A DNA stretch of 64,000 nt from Pavona decussata (lineage: Eukaryota). The stretch spans positions 1 to 64,000 of the forward strand of contig CDRNST010000087.1 in NCBI GenBank assembly GCA_977016875.1, in the 5' to 3' direction. Shown here in pieces: positions 26,464 through 41,570 of this stretch (the stretch's first letter is position 1; each line of letters starts with the position of its first letter). Both the position numbers and the translations under genes were made by a program. Below the pieces are notes generated by a model. It did no database searches, was not told the origin of the DNA, and worked only from the letters and a program-made list of their open reading frames with translations.

Positions 26464-29400
26464 CGTTACACCTCCTACTTACCGGTGAAAGTCTCAACTG
26501 TAGAATCGTTAAACATCTCGACATTCCCAGAGTGCACCACAGAGCTGTTAAACGGCAAACAGCTCCCCATTTGACTGCTGACCGATATCGTGGACTCAGG
26601 ACGGCAGCCATCAAGATCAGCGTTGTACAGAGCGGTAATGCTACGCTGATAATCTATTTCTAAAAGTGTGGATAGAACTTTAAGGCAACCCCCAAACGAG
26701 GAGTCGACATTCACTCCAGCTTGTCTCGCAACTGTTTCAGTTTCTGAGCCCCATGGCACTCCTCCTACGTAAACACTTGATTGAATTTGAAGGCCGGTGA
26801 TTTCGGATCCATCAACAGTTCTGCCATCGAGGATAATGGCTAGCCTACCTGGGAAATTGGTTACAGTCAAGTTATGCCATTTTCCATCGCAAATCTCGCC
26901 CGACAATGGCCGGATAATATTCGACCCTCGCATGCTAGTGGTAGAGTACTTGGTCTCCACTTGGTTTCCAAAGTACTGGATCGCGAAGATGCTTGTGGGG
27001 CCATATGCGAATAGCAGCAACCCTGAATATAACTGCGTGCGGAACATCAGTTCGAAGTTGAATATATTACTTTGAAGAATACCAGTGGACTGTTTATCAA
27101 TTGCAATATACCCACCACCTCGGAGAAATACCGCTTTTCTGTTGTCTCTTCCTGGACAGCCATTCCTCGGAGGTTCAACTCCGTCAGCCTCCAAAGCCGT
27201 AGTCCAGTCCAGCGTATTTGATTGTGAAGTGATTCCCCGCAAGCAACCAATGAAATTGACTCTCAAGATTTGAGAATTTCCTGAGTCAGGACGTTGGATT
27301 GTGAATGAAGAAGGAAGCCCTCCGATATACACACCAGTGTTGGTGGAAATCACAGTGGCTGCCCCAGGACTGTCCTGGCTTGCGCTGTAACTATCTACAG
27401 TGAGAGTTCCTCGGCGGCTTTGTCGAGTTATCTTCACATGATGCCACTGGCCGTCATCAAAACGCACAGACTGGCTGATCGTGAAAGCAGCGGCACCATC
27501 TTGGCAATCAAATATCAACCATGGCTTGCCATCACGCATTTGCACTGCTAACATATCTGTTTGAGAGCCGTCAGATGCCAAGAAAAGTATCAAACCATAC
27601 GCGTACTGCGTGCGAAACCAGAATTCAATATCGTTTGTTGCACCTTGCCTGACAAAGTTCGAAGGAAACTTGTAAAAACCGAAGCCTGGGAAATGCACTC
27701 CATCTGTTACTGAGGGGGGAGGGAAGTGCAGTGCTGCGAATGCTCGGCTCAAGTTGTAGCTTGGTGGAAGAGGACCGTTTGGAGTCTGGGGCTGGGACCA
27801 TTGGAGGTAAACAGTCTTTGGATCAACTGAGAGCACTTGAGGTGAACCCTGGCGCTCGGGTGCTGTGCAAAATGTAAGCCGGTGAAAACAGCAGCCATTA
27901 GTTAGAATAACGGGGCCACATTTAAGAAAAGGATACTCTTAAGATTACCAAAACTGTGACCCTGGAAACCGTACAACAGACATAATCTGAACATTTGCAT
28001 TTTTAGAAGGAAAAATAAAGCGTTACAATCGAGCAACGTTTCGATATACTAGAATCCTATAAATCAATAAACGTAAGCTAGTGTATGAAGTGAACAGTTT
28101 TGCAAGTGAAGAGTCAGAACAATTATGCTAAAATCAATAACCTTCCGAAGATAAGGCAGATCTACAATTTCGATTAACGTCCATACATCGATGTATGCAT
28201 GTGTGACAGAAAATATTACTTTAGGACGAATTTAACAAAGCTCCACCAATACCATGAACTGTAGTCTTTCATGACAAGCCCAGTCATGGCATTCACTCGA
28301 CTCCTGTGATTAACCTCTGCTGGGTGCCAAGTTATCATGGTTAGGAGCATATAGAAAGTGGGGGTTCTGGGTCATACAACTGAATATATTCATGAAAGCC
28401 CCACTGATACATTGGAAGCGTACTCTCTATAAATGTTATTACTCCTCTCTCCTTTTAATCACTCACAAAAATCGTTTAAGACTATGGCTGCGTACCAATT
28501 GCACGAAATACTCCGAAATTACGGTTGGAAAGGAAATAGATTATAACAATTCTAAATATTCCATTCGCGATTCCGGGGGTACCTCTGGATGTACTCGTCT
28601 TTCCGCTTCGGAACGGAACGTTGGGAAATTCCCTACCAGTCTCCTTTCAACAAAAGTCGAGCAGCATTGTAAATAGAAAGCGCAACCTCTGTCGGTTGGT
28701 TTGTTAAGAGAAACCTTACCATTATTCAAAAGCAATCCCAACCGTTTTTTTCGTGCATATGATAAACACCCTCTTTTACCGTTTTGTATTACATACCCGC
28801 AGGATGTGTACGCGCAAGGGCTCCTGGACTATGTCTTGAGCAGTCAAAACTGTTACATGCTATAACTGTGAATTTGTATTGTGTGTACGGCTTCAGTTCA
28901 ACAACCACTCCTTGCAACTGTGATCCAGACACCTCTGTAGCTCTCACGGCCGTTGTATTTGAGGGAGGATGGTACTTGTACATGACGTAGCTACTGATAA
29001 TGCCTTGTGGGGTCTGGGGAGGACTCCAAGAGACAACGACTGCACTGCTGTTGACGGGACTGGCACTAGGGTTCATAGAATTTTCGCCTAAAGGGGCTGG
29101 AAAAGACACCAATGACAAATATTTACAACTTTAACGTTGTTTTAGCTGATAAAAACGTTGCAAGAAACAATTATTACAGGGCACGTTACATTATGCAACG
29201 TTTCGAGCAACTTGTCTCGCAAAGAAGCAAAAAAGTGCGAAAATTTTAACAAGAAAACAGCACTTTTAGGTTCGATTATGTCCTCACACTAAAATAAATG
29301 ATCAATAATAAAAACTTTCTTTCAGCATTAATTTTCCAAAATGGCACAATACCATTGAAAGATACGTCCGAAAACGCCATAATTTCGTGTCAAATATCAC

Positions 29401-30734
29401 TCTTTAGTCAACGAACGTTTCAAGTGCGACATTCCTTTCCGCGAAATTTGGAGCTTAAAGCGAGTGACTTGTTGCGGAAGTTTGAACGAAACTTTGATTA
29501 ACAACAATGATAAAGATTGATTCATTGTACAGGCTGTCAGTTCACTACAGGTGAAAGCGTTGCCTGGCTGATTCCTGGATGATAGTTTGCTGTCGGATAA
29601 TGCCACATTTGATATCAATTTTAGTCACTTTTGGGTCACTTCTCCACATTACAATTTAATCAATGGTATATGACATCAGATTCCCGTACAAACACTTTAG
29701 CAAACCAAGTTTGTTTATCCTTATGTTAACTTGTAAACGATGCAATAATTCTAAATTATGAACTTAGATGAAGATCACAAGCCTAATACACCACTTACTT
29801 CCTTCTCCAGTCCTGTGGAGTTTCCATTCACTCGCGCGGTCGCCACTAACCTGCGCAGTGAATGTGCGCACCCTGAACTCGTATTCTGTAAATGGCACCA
29901 GTCCAGAAACGTTAGCCCTTCTAAAGTTCAACGGATCAGAGTCATGCGCAGGATTGCTGTTATATTTCAAAGTTCCATCGCCTGAAGAACCAGCAACTCG
30001 CATCCACAACTCATAGCGAAGAATGCGTCCATTCGGTTCCGGTGGCTCATCCCATTGCACCTCCACGACGCTTCCTCCAGGAAGTGACGTCACATTTGGT
30101 TCAGGCTGGAAGTCAGGAAGCGTCGGACGTGTTAAGATGCTTTGCACGTTACTTCGATCGCATCCGCCATTAGTGCAGGCCTCAACGGTGAAGTTATACA
30201 CGGTGTAAGGCCTGAGGTTCCCTAAGCGGCACGTTAAAATAATCCCTCGACAATGGACAGCTTCAACAGCACTCCGACTATTGGTGGATATCAACCGATA
30301 TTCAATGATGCGCCCGTTTGGCCTGCTGGGTGGTTGCCACGTTACAGTGGCGTTTCGTGGAAGAATATTCGTGATGACCGGTAGGGAAATACCGTCCGGT
30401 GCATCTTGGAACGTACGGTACACTTTTCCATCATCCAAACTTCTTGTACTGCCGGAATCGGTGTACGTGATGATGTAATAGTAGTAGACAGTGTCTGGAG
30501 TGAGGGAAGTGTCATTGAAAGTTCGATTTAGTCCGCTGTAAATCTGAGAGGAATTTCTGAACAGCTCGTAGCGTCGGATGAGTCCATTAGGGTTATCAGG
30601 CGGAGACCAAGTTAGCATGACAGCACGGGGAGATAGGACTGTTGCAAACGGTGCAGGTTGTTCTGAAGGAGCTGAAATAGAGGTTAAATAACGTTAATAT
30701 CGTTTCATATAAGCCTCGTACTCAAACTCATACT

Positions 30735-30797
<63 letters not shown>

Positions 30798-33700
30798 TTT
30801 TGTTTAGGCTTTCCCGCCATTTTTAACCTTCGACTCAACAACCTGTATTTTGTATTGTATTTTGTAATGTACGCAGTATGGCAAAATAAAAGAAAAACGT
30901 TGTGGTTTAAAAGAAATAAATGCTTTTGGTTTGAAATGTTCAAACGGGCAATTTGATATCACGCAAATATGGATGAAAAAATCGCATACAAAATCGACTG
31001 AAAATATGTAAACAGCCCTTTGCACTGTAAAATGAACAGCGCAAAACAAACTCACTTTATCTGGCTCAGAGAAACTTGAATGCACAATTCCCTGACAAGT
31101 CAACATTTTTTCTGGATCCATTTTCTGCCAGAGAGACATGGCAGATGTCAGTCTGCTCTTTCAAGCACAAGAACCCAGGCGCCAGATTTGCACACATCCC
31201 CATACATTTAATTATGTATACAGCATTGTATCACAAAATCTATACATAATTAATGTTGAGGCTGGGAGGAAATCTTCCCGAAACTATCACATAACGAGTA
31301 AGTTAAACTCGCAAAAGATTGGAACCATCCCCACGAAAGCATTCTCGCATACTCGGTGTAATTTTTCACAGATTGGGGTGCAAACCTGGGGTTTACAAAC
31401 TGTCGGTCGATTTAATTACTCCTCAACCCTTATTTCATGAGTTTTAAATTCCACTTACCACCACTGCAGCCAAATTTGTTGTTCTGCTGAAGATTCACTG
31501 TTCCATTCTTACAACTGTCACATTTGAGTCCCTCGACATTCGATTTACATGTGCACTTCCCGCTTTCATCACATCCAACGCCAAGACTGCCGGCCGCATT
31601 ACAATTACACGCTACACACCTGGTGAAAGAAACAACTCATGACAATTACTGACAGTAGAAAGTCATGTCATTACCTTCTTTTCAATTATGCAGTGTTCTC
31701 TTATAGACTGCAACCAGTCTCTTTTCTTCTCCTAAGTTCTGTAACGCGTGATGGATCTAGCAAGCAGCGCGAGGGCGCGAAGAGAAGGAAAAACCCCTCC
31801 TCATTCACCTTTTTAATTTGTTTAATTTTACCGTCACTTTGCGCGTGTGATCTGAGGAATAAAGTACGACTGCTCGCAGTCTCTGTTCTCTATTAAGTTC
31901 TCTAGGTTTTTTTCAGCTTTCCAAAGTAAGGAGGTGCAACAAAAATGACTGAACAAATGTAGAATTTCAAAAATCTTTCATATTTAGCTGTTGGCTTTTA
32001 AGTATACACTACCCACACAGGTCCCCTCAATTTGAACTGCTGTGTTTTTTTTGTTTTTAATTAGTATTATTATTTCTCAAGTCCATTTTTCTCCCTAAAA
32101 TAATGAAATACAATAAATAAAATCCTTTCACTGGTATCTTTAAAATTAATAATTTGATATTAGAATTTGCTTTAGACATTCTTCTGTAGCAACATAATAA
32201 TGAGTCATTGTAACTGGTACACTGCAGTGCAGCGCTCTGAAAAAAGTATGGTTTTTTAATTTGGTATTAAGCCACCGTTACACGTTGAAACTTTTAGCTG
32301 AAACTTGTGTGCAACGGCGAACGAGACCAGTTTCACAAAGTGGTGTTACATGATGAAACTCTTGTTTTTTCACCACTGCGACCGTTGCCAGCCGTTGCAG
32401 AAGTAGAAAGCGGTTCTACTTTGTACTGCGGTAAAGTGTACATGCGCCATCCGCTTTTACCGATCAGTGGATTAACAGCACCCTGCAAAGAGTTGTTTAC
32501 TTATTACTAACCTCCCTGTTGTCGTAAATCCGAAGTAACCATTAATACAACTGGTACACTGACGGCCACCAATGTTGGCCTTACACGTGCAATGCCCAGT
32601 ATCATTACAATTACGACCAACAGAGCCGACAATATTGCACTGACAATGGACACATCCCTGGCCAGTGGGATTCCAGTAGTACTCAGCAATGCAGGAATCA
32701 CAGCGAAGACCAGCAACATTGGACAGACAGGGACATTGACCATTATTGCCAGAACACTGCAGTTCATCTGTTGGATAAAACAGGAAGGTTGAATATCAAA
32801 GAGCACAAGCTTGAGTAAGGGTATTATTGCATGACACTTGTTTTTTGAGCAACATGAGGTTTTTAAGACAATATTTTGTTTTTGCAAGTTTCTTTTTTAT
32901 TTAAAAAACACCGTGGATGCTGGAGATGGACAAAACGGCTGCTCATACATTTAACTGCAATACTTGGACTAAAATAAAACAGCACTTGCAAACCATCTTA
33001 TTCCACTATTTTACAGTCGATCCACGTCACGCGTGACCAGTATTTCCGAGAATGAAATGAACATTCGAAATCCTGTTTGTGATGTCCGGCATTTAAATGG
33101 AATGTTGAACATTTCTCTGGAAATCTTTCCGAAAAAGACGCATTAACGGGAAAAAGGATTTGAACAAAATACTCAAGGGAAACAATTGTTATCCCTGAAA
33201 TACTTAATGCTGTACTGTAAAGAAACAGTCATAGCTTTATATACCGTCAATAAGCAAGGGAAATCTCTATGGGAACTCTGACATCTCGTTGGCGATTTTC
33301 GAAACTGACATGTAAATTTCAAAACTCCGTTTAAATTTCAAAAATACCGGTCACGCGTGACCTGGGTTGACTGTAAAATAATGTTAATTTTTTTCATTTG
33401 TATTTCCTCAAACAAGCACGTGAGGCACTCATGTCATTGCCATGACTTTCATTTTCAACATTCAAATAAAAGCGCTGGATCTATCAGGAGCCTTAATTCA
33501 TTTCGGTGGATATCTGCTCAGAAGGCCTTTGAAGGCTTTAGAATTCACAACTTTTAAGCCTTTTAAACTTTAGGCCTTTTACTTAAAATTAAAATCGCCT
33601 AAAAAATTCCCGCTTAGTTGTGAATCCTACAGTTTTCTTTAACAAAATGTCAGCTTAAAATTTCGTTACACTAGAAAACTAATTCCTTGCGTTTTTAAAA

Positions 33701-36700
33701 ATGCGAAATAAGGACAGCTTGCATTTTCGCAAAGCCAATAACAGGCTAGTACATGTAAATTTAGGGATCCTAAAACTTTCTGTAACTTACAATTTCAGCT
33801 AAAGCATCTGAACAAATCAAACTGCATTAGCTTACACAAAAAGTGTCTTTAAGGTTACCGTATACATGTACCTTTAGAGGTGTCCCGCGTCTAAGCGAAG
33901 TAGCGCGTCTGGTTTAAACTGTAGATACCCAAACCCCTATATCATATTAAAGCTTATAGAGCTGACTATCAAACTACTATCAACAATTTTGAAATAAAAT
34001 GAATTGTCGAATTTTTCACGACCTCTAAATGCGAGCGTCCTAATCACCTTTTGAAAGCTACAAGTCAAAGCGAAATTGGTTTTTCGCTAATTTCATTTGC
34101 TCCTCAGTTTCCGGACCCAAAGCACTAAAAAATTGTGTCTGAAAAAATAAAAATTGCAGTGAAAAGTTACAGAACATTTTCGAAATAGGGCGGAAAAATG
34201 TGGAGTGATTGAACAAAAGTCGCTCTCGGAGAAAAAATATTTCGTAATAAAAAATTCGCAGAGACCTTTTTGTTGTTTATATGTTAAACTAGGTAGTGTC
34301 CAAATTTGAAGGCAAATGAACAAATTCCCTTTGAGATTTAGCTCTTTAAAGTGTCCCCCTCAAATGAAAAAATTGACTCGAGAAAACAGCGCTAAAATTT
34401 CGTCAATTCATTTTATTTCAAAATTCTTGGACGGTATAGTTTGATAGCCAGTTCTATAAGCTTTAATTTGATATAGGGGTTTAGGTATCTACAGTTTAAA
34501 CTGAACGCACTACATCGCTTGGACGCCAGACACCTCTAAAGGTATACGGTAACCTCAAAAGACCACAAAACAATCTGAAAACACCGGAAAACACATTTTA
34601 ATGATTTTGCTTCTAAATGTTCTTGTTGGGTGCTCTTGATCTATCCATGGACAATTTTATCAACAAGTAAGCTAAGATACACTTACCTGGTCTTATTCTG
34701 TTACCACCAATGGTTCCTTTGGGAAAACAATTGCAGGGTTGACATCCATTTGGATCAGACTGGTTGAGGCCAAATGTCCCCAACTTGCACTGGTTACACT
34801 GTTGGCCAATCACCAATGGCTTACAAGTACAGTTCCCTGACTGCTGTTCACATTGTCCTGACCCTCCCACAGTTCCTTTAGAGTCACATGAACATTGCGT
34901 ACAGCCCTGAGGGTTACTCTGCGACAGATTGTAAAACCCGGATTGGCACCTATCACAGTTATTCCCTTCAACATGAAGTTTGCAGGAGCAGAGACCAGTA
35001 GTTTTGTTGCACTTGTCCAAGAGTGATGGAGGTGTCCCTGCAGCTGAGCAGTTACACGAGGTGCAACCATTTGGCGTGAGACTGTGGTAGCCTTCTGAAC
35101 ATTGGTTGCATTTTCTTCCAGTCACACCTGGTTTGCAAGAGCACTGCCCTGTGACTGAATTGCAGGTAGATACACTTCCCACTGTTGTCCCAAATGGATC
35201 GCAGTCACACGTTTTGCAGCCCAAAATATCTTGTCCAGAAAGTCCCCAGAAACCAGACTGGCATGTGTTGCACTTGGTACCTGGGAAGTGGATAGCAGTC
35301 CAGGGTGATATGTCATTAGTGAAAATTAGAGCAAAACGTGGAAATGATTGAATACATTAATAATGAGAAGCATTAATTTTGTTAATCCGGATGGGAATTT
35401 AAATTGTTTTCAGTATACTGAATTGAAAGGTAAACCTTAAAATTCTGCAACTGTCTGTGTGGCTGATTAGCATGATGTGATCATGCACAGCCGTAACACC
35501 ATGATTTGAAATGTTCCAATGAGAAACTAGTTTGGGACTGTCGACAACCATCAACTGACCACCAATAAAAGTTCATTTTTTGGAGCATAAAGTGAAACTA
35601 CAACAGCCTTACTACAGTTTCAATCAACCATCATATCAAGGACATACTGTACACTGTAGCAAGTCCACTCACACATGATGGGTGTTATGGATTAACAGCC
35701 CTAATAACAACAGCTCTGGTGATTATGAGAGCGACAGCTTCTTCCTCACTGAGTAAATCATTTCCACCCTGCCTCCCCCCCCCCCCCCCTCCCCCACAAT
35801 GGTCCTGGTGATTGTGTGAGCGACAGCTTCTTCTTCACTGAGTAAATCACCTCCCCCCGCCCCCCAATGGCCCTGGTGATTGTGTGAACAACAGCTTCTT
35901 TCTTACTGAGTAAATCACCACCCCCCTCCCTCCCCCCCCAACAGAAAATCACTCCCTTGCTGAATGCGATCACCAGAATCTTCTTTCTCTGAATGTTTTC
36001 AATGGAATAACTGTGAAGAAGACTGAAAGGTTCCAATGGTTTTTTACCTGTCACTCTATCTTTGCAGTCACACTGCCCTGTGGCTGCGTGACATGAGGAA
36101 TTCCTGTTCTTAGTGCCATCCAACACACAACTGCATGGTATGCAACCAGTTGCGTGACTTCCTTTGAGATCAAAGAAACCATCTTTGCACCTGTCACACT
36201 GGCGTCCGATGGCGTTAACTTTGCAATCACACTGACCAGCAAGGACACTGGAATTTGAATCATCCTTAAGGACACAATCGAAAAGGATGTGACATTAACA
36301 ATACTATACCTAGTCTAATACACTGTAAATGTAACTATACGTTTTTTTTATGGCATTATTTTAAAAATCACTCATTCCCAAAGCAAAAAAGTTAGCAGAT
36401 ACTTCTTGGTAGGAGCATCCCAATTCCAACTATCCCCTTCCTATTCAGTACAACACACAAAAAAAATTATCACCAACCTTGACACAATCCAACTTGCCAG
36501 GCTCTACACCAGGTCCCTCACATCCACAGGGTGAGCACACATCTTGAGCCTTGAGACTCTTTCCAGCCTCCCTGTAAAACCTCTCCTTACAAACCTCACA
36601 GAAGCGGCCAGTTGTATTGTGCTGACAGTCAATACACACACCCCCTCCCCCCAGGGTGCGTGAGTTAGGGTTGGTATCGAGGGTTTGATTATAAACACAA

Positions 36701-39131
36701 CTGTCGGCGTGGTTGTTACACTCACACTTGACACAAGGGTGTGAGTTGTCTCGGTCACCACGCAAGAACGGCTTGTTATTGTACAAGGGCTTGCAACGAT
36801 TACACTGGAACATAATTTAAATATTGATATGTCAGTTGGTATATTATGTTGCATGCACACATTATTATCCTGCAAAATCATGCAGAATATTGCCTGCTAC
36901 TTGCCACTGAGGAGGGCCCGTAGTCTTTAATCAGGGGATATTCTGCAAGATTGAGCACTTTTTAATTGCAGAAAAGCTGGAGACTATATCTTTATTTTGC
37001 CATTTTTCTCCCCAACACACAAAATTTTGCATAATTATCGCAGGTTTATATCTCTTGACTACAGAAGAAAGTGCACAGTGTACCATGACCAATTATTTTG
37101 GCAGTTACAATATTAAGAAATTGGTTTTATTCAAGAGAATGATATTATGCTATAGTCACAAAAGTATGTATTAACTACATAATTGTGCAGACAGTTGGTA
37201 GGAAAAGTTATTTATTATTGTGCAATCAGTCTATTTTTATTTAGCAAAAGAGAATCAAGTGTAGATTGAAGAAACATACCTTTTCTCCTTCAGTATTTGT
37301 TGATGATACACAATCACAAACACATCGTCCAATTTGCCCTCCACTGCCTTCAACAAAATGAGAAGATGATGCGTGGCCAAAACACTCACACCTTAAAAAC
37401 ACAAAATGTATTAAATAAATAAAATGAAATGAAACAATCTTATAAAATGACTGAAAGTGTGTCTAGTAAGATCAGTTGGGAAAGAGCAAGAATTAAAAAA
37501 AGAAAAACAATAAACAGCATTGTGGTGGGAGCACTTGCCTTCCACCAATTTGTGGCCCAAGTTTAATTTACAGTATTTTATCTTGCATTGCTGGTAGGCC
37601 CATAGCATAAAAATAAGTGAAGAGTGACATGACCAATCAAGTAAATGTTGTTGTTTTTGTACATTTCTGTTTAATTCTTACCTTCCAGTTACAAGCAGTC
37701 TTTCTAATCCATAATACCGATGCTGAGGATTCTGTACCAGGGTGTGATTGTAGAAATGAATTCTGACATGAGTCGCTTTTAAGAACTGCAGCAGTTTCTC
37801 TGAGCAGTACAGATTGTTGCAACCCTGTCCAAATGGCCGCACAGGAATGTTAGAGCCTATGGGTGGTGGGTACTCTGTCTGGAAATTCAGCGACTGTCGC
37901 GAAGGAAGTAGACTGCAAAAAGATAACAACACTCAACTGATTTACCAATATGACTGTAATTGTCGCTATACTGACCACAGATAAATTCCAGATGAAGAAA
38001 TGTTGGCCAAGGGCAGAACTGGTTTTAATGAACAACTTGGTCAATGACAAATTTCATTGATCTGGAATTTAGAGCCACATCTCAGCCACCTGCTCTCCCC
38101 CCCCCCCCCCCCTGCCAAAAAAAAAAACAGAAAGGAGCTACTGCCATTTCCAGGGGGTACTACAGAGTATACCCCCCCCCCCCCCCCCAGTCTGCCATGC
38201 TTATTCAGTCAGTCCTGCATTGCACCAAGTGGTGCATATTAAAGGCAATGACAGCTTTACTTGAACCTTGGATGAATTAATCATTGTATTAGTTACAGTA
38301 ATGAGTAATAAGTCACAATGAATCATGCTGTTCATGATGCATTTGACCTTTCATATTCTCTCTTGTGGATTGGGGGGAGGGGGGGGAGGGAATTGCATGT
38401 CGTGTTTTCACAGGACTGCTAGATTTCTTTGCAAGGCTTTCTTGCAACAATTAAAAACAGCCAGTGAGCCTAAACTGGATGAAAATAATTTTAATGGGGC
38501 TTAATGTAATTTAGGCGAGGTTAAATTCGAAACAATGCTAGCCAGCAGTCTACTCCTTTAATTAAGTCGGGGCGGTCTAAGGGATTTTCAGGGCCTTAGT
38601 AAATTTGCAGCTCCCCTGTTGGTGTCAACCATTTTGCTTGTGTTGTGCTGCATGAATGTCACAATAATAATAATAATAATAATAATAATTCTTATATAGC
38701 GCAGTCTAACATGCTATAAAGATATGATCGAATGCGCATCACAAAATCTTAATATAAAGTAATGAATGGCTAATCTGAATAATAACAACAATAATAATTT
38801 ACAATCTCTGGAAAAACAACAAAATTAAAATATGAGTTAATAAGAGAACTAATAAAAAGCTAATTGCAGAACAGTTGCAGAACAAAGCTTGGCTCCCGTC
38901 CCTCCCCTCCCTGTTTAGTTAGTATTCAATATTCCACTGAGTATTCAATGTGACAGTGCCTGGGTGGTTGCCACTCAGCAGGGTTGTCATGGTCACCTTG
39001 CAGGCTTGCTTGCGGATCCCCCAAAGACCTTGTAGGCACCTTCTCCACACTCATCTATTGGTGATGAGTTAATTAATACGTTATTCCAGAAAACATTCAT
39101 GCCAACCCCCCTTCCTTGTCAAAGAAAGGTG

Positions 39132-39162
<31 letters not shown>

Positions 39163-41538
39163 CACCCAAGGACAGGAAAATTCTAAAGTAAAGTAACTTT
39201 GAACGTAAATTCAAATTTGCAGAGGGGGTGGACGCTTAGAAAAAAAATTCCATTTCATGGGAGTATGGATGATATTTTCTGAAGAAAACTGAGGTGTACC
39301 CAATCAAAATGTACCATTATGATATCAGTTCTATAAAGTGTATGATACAATATATTAATTAATATACATTGACGGTAATAACAATGTACGACAGATCATA
39401 TTCCACACATTCCAGCAAAAATTACATGTACAAGGCCTTTGAACACAAATAGATTCAACAAAGGGGATCGAAATCTGCCAATCACAGCATTTAAACATGA
39501 CATTTTGACCCCGTCAAACCAAGCAACTTTGTCTTTTATAAGGTCTATGGCACTGATTCTTGGCAGTGAAAAATGTAGCAGTTGAATCTTGTACAGGCGT
39601 GTACGTACAAATACACATTGTCAAATGAAACTGTCACAGGACACTCACCTGCCATACTGAATGCAGTTGACAGAGTCAGGCTCTGTTAGAGGACCATTGT
39701 TTTGTAGACTAAATGATGCTGCACAGTCTGCAGCAAAATACTGCCACGGCTGAAAGGTCTGTCCTCCATCTGTTGATCGTTCAATTACCATTGCACCAGG
39801 CACTGGTCCATAAAAAGTCAGGAGAATGTAAAATACCTGAAATGAACCAAAGAAATATAAAATGATTATCATTAATACGTGTAGCTGCACAGTGAGTATC
39901 AGCATCATAAGCTTATAAAACGAATAAGAATTACAAGCTATGATGCTGACACCCAGTGCTAATTAAATAATTTTAGAACTTTGAAATTTATCAAAGGGGT
40001 CCAGATGACAAGGTACACGCACTTTTTAGTAATTCTATGGATTTTTAATTTTTAAAAGCTTACAATCTACACTCAAAAATGGCAGTGCGAAATTCACTTT
40101 TAATTAAAATTTAATTGATAAAATCATGCCCACATGATTTTCAAAGATAATCAGGAGTACTCTTGATGACATTTTCATGAATGAAAACTGTCAGGAGTGC
40201 CTACGTTTTTCAATATAAAATGCAATCCATTTCAATCAGGTCCTCTTTTGCTCATCAATGCTCGTTGTCTCTTGTGTTTTTATTTCTACCATCATTGTAA
40301 GTTTGAATTTCATAAAGTTTCAGTCTATGATCAACTGAGCCCACGTGATAAAAAAAGCCTTCAGTTAACCCTTTCAACTCCAATATCAACAGGTATATTC
40401 TCCTCAATGTCCTCCATATATTTCTTGTGCTTGATTGATTTTGTCAAGTAAATAACCCATGGCAGGCATTCATTTAATCTTTTATTCTCCTGACTTAAAT
40501 GTTCAATAAAGCAGCAACATTGTAAGGAGAATAATAAAAAAAATTAATTTAGATGTTGGTTTTCAACCAGTATTATAAATTCTACTTCCCCCTATTTTAT
40601 TTAACTGCACAGAGGTAGTGGCCAACACGAAAGCCTTGCTCCTTAATGGCCACTACGCACTTCCTCCCTAAAAGTATCATCATTAAGTAAATGTTCTGTA
40701 CGTTGAATTTTTTTCCTTACTGTAAAATATTTGTATTTCGTTGTAATAAGTGTAAATAAAATTGAATTGAATTGAATTGAATTTCACTGTTGCTAACCGT
40801 ATCTAGACCGGGCTTTTTTGGGTCTTTTTGGACCATTTGAATGGTTTTGTATTACACATACTGAAGAAGGGTTATATACCCAAAACATCGTGTGTGTTTT
40901 TTAACCATTACTGATACTTTTTGATATTTATTTTTTTTAATATCAGTCCGATCAGATACATGTATACATTTTCAAGTGCCACACAACACCTACAAACTTT
41001 CCGTTCACCGTTTATTTAAAAACACCATACCTGCAGTCCAGAATAAGACAAATTAATATCAATAGTTGCATTATCCGTGATCTCTGACAGCCAGAAGCTA
41101 AGAGAATCACCATCAGTAGCAAACTCAACAGGATGTGCTGTGTCCGCAAAGCGTGACACTGTATCATCAATTTGTCCCTCTACATTTCTAAGGCACTTTG
41201 CTGGTACAGCGACATTAATTTTAGGATGCGTGGGTGGACAGCGGCAACTACTTGCTACATAAGCTGATGGCAGGGTGCCAGTGAATGCTTCTATTGCTTC
41301 CCTAGAAGAAGTATTAAATTTTAATTTCAATTCATTAATACTAGAAAAAATGAAATTTTGACTAAGAACAAGTTAGAGAAATTTTGGTAACCAGTTGTCA
41401 ACTTGTTGACCAACCAATCAGTCAGTGAAACAGTCATTTGTTCTGTCATTCCTTCCTTCCTTCATTGACATCAGGCCTGAGTCAGTCAGCCAGGCAATCA
41501 GAGTAAATAAGAATAAATGTCAGTCTATCAGTCAGTCA

Positions 41539-41570
<32 letters not shown>

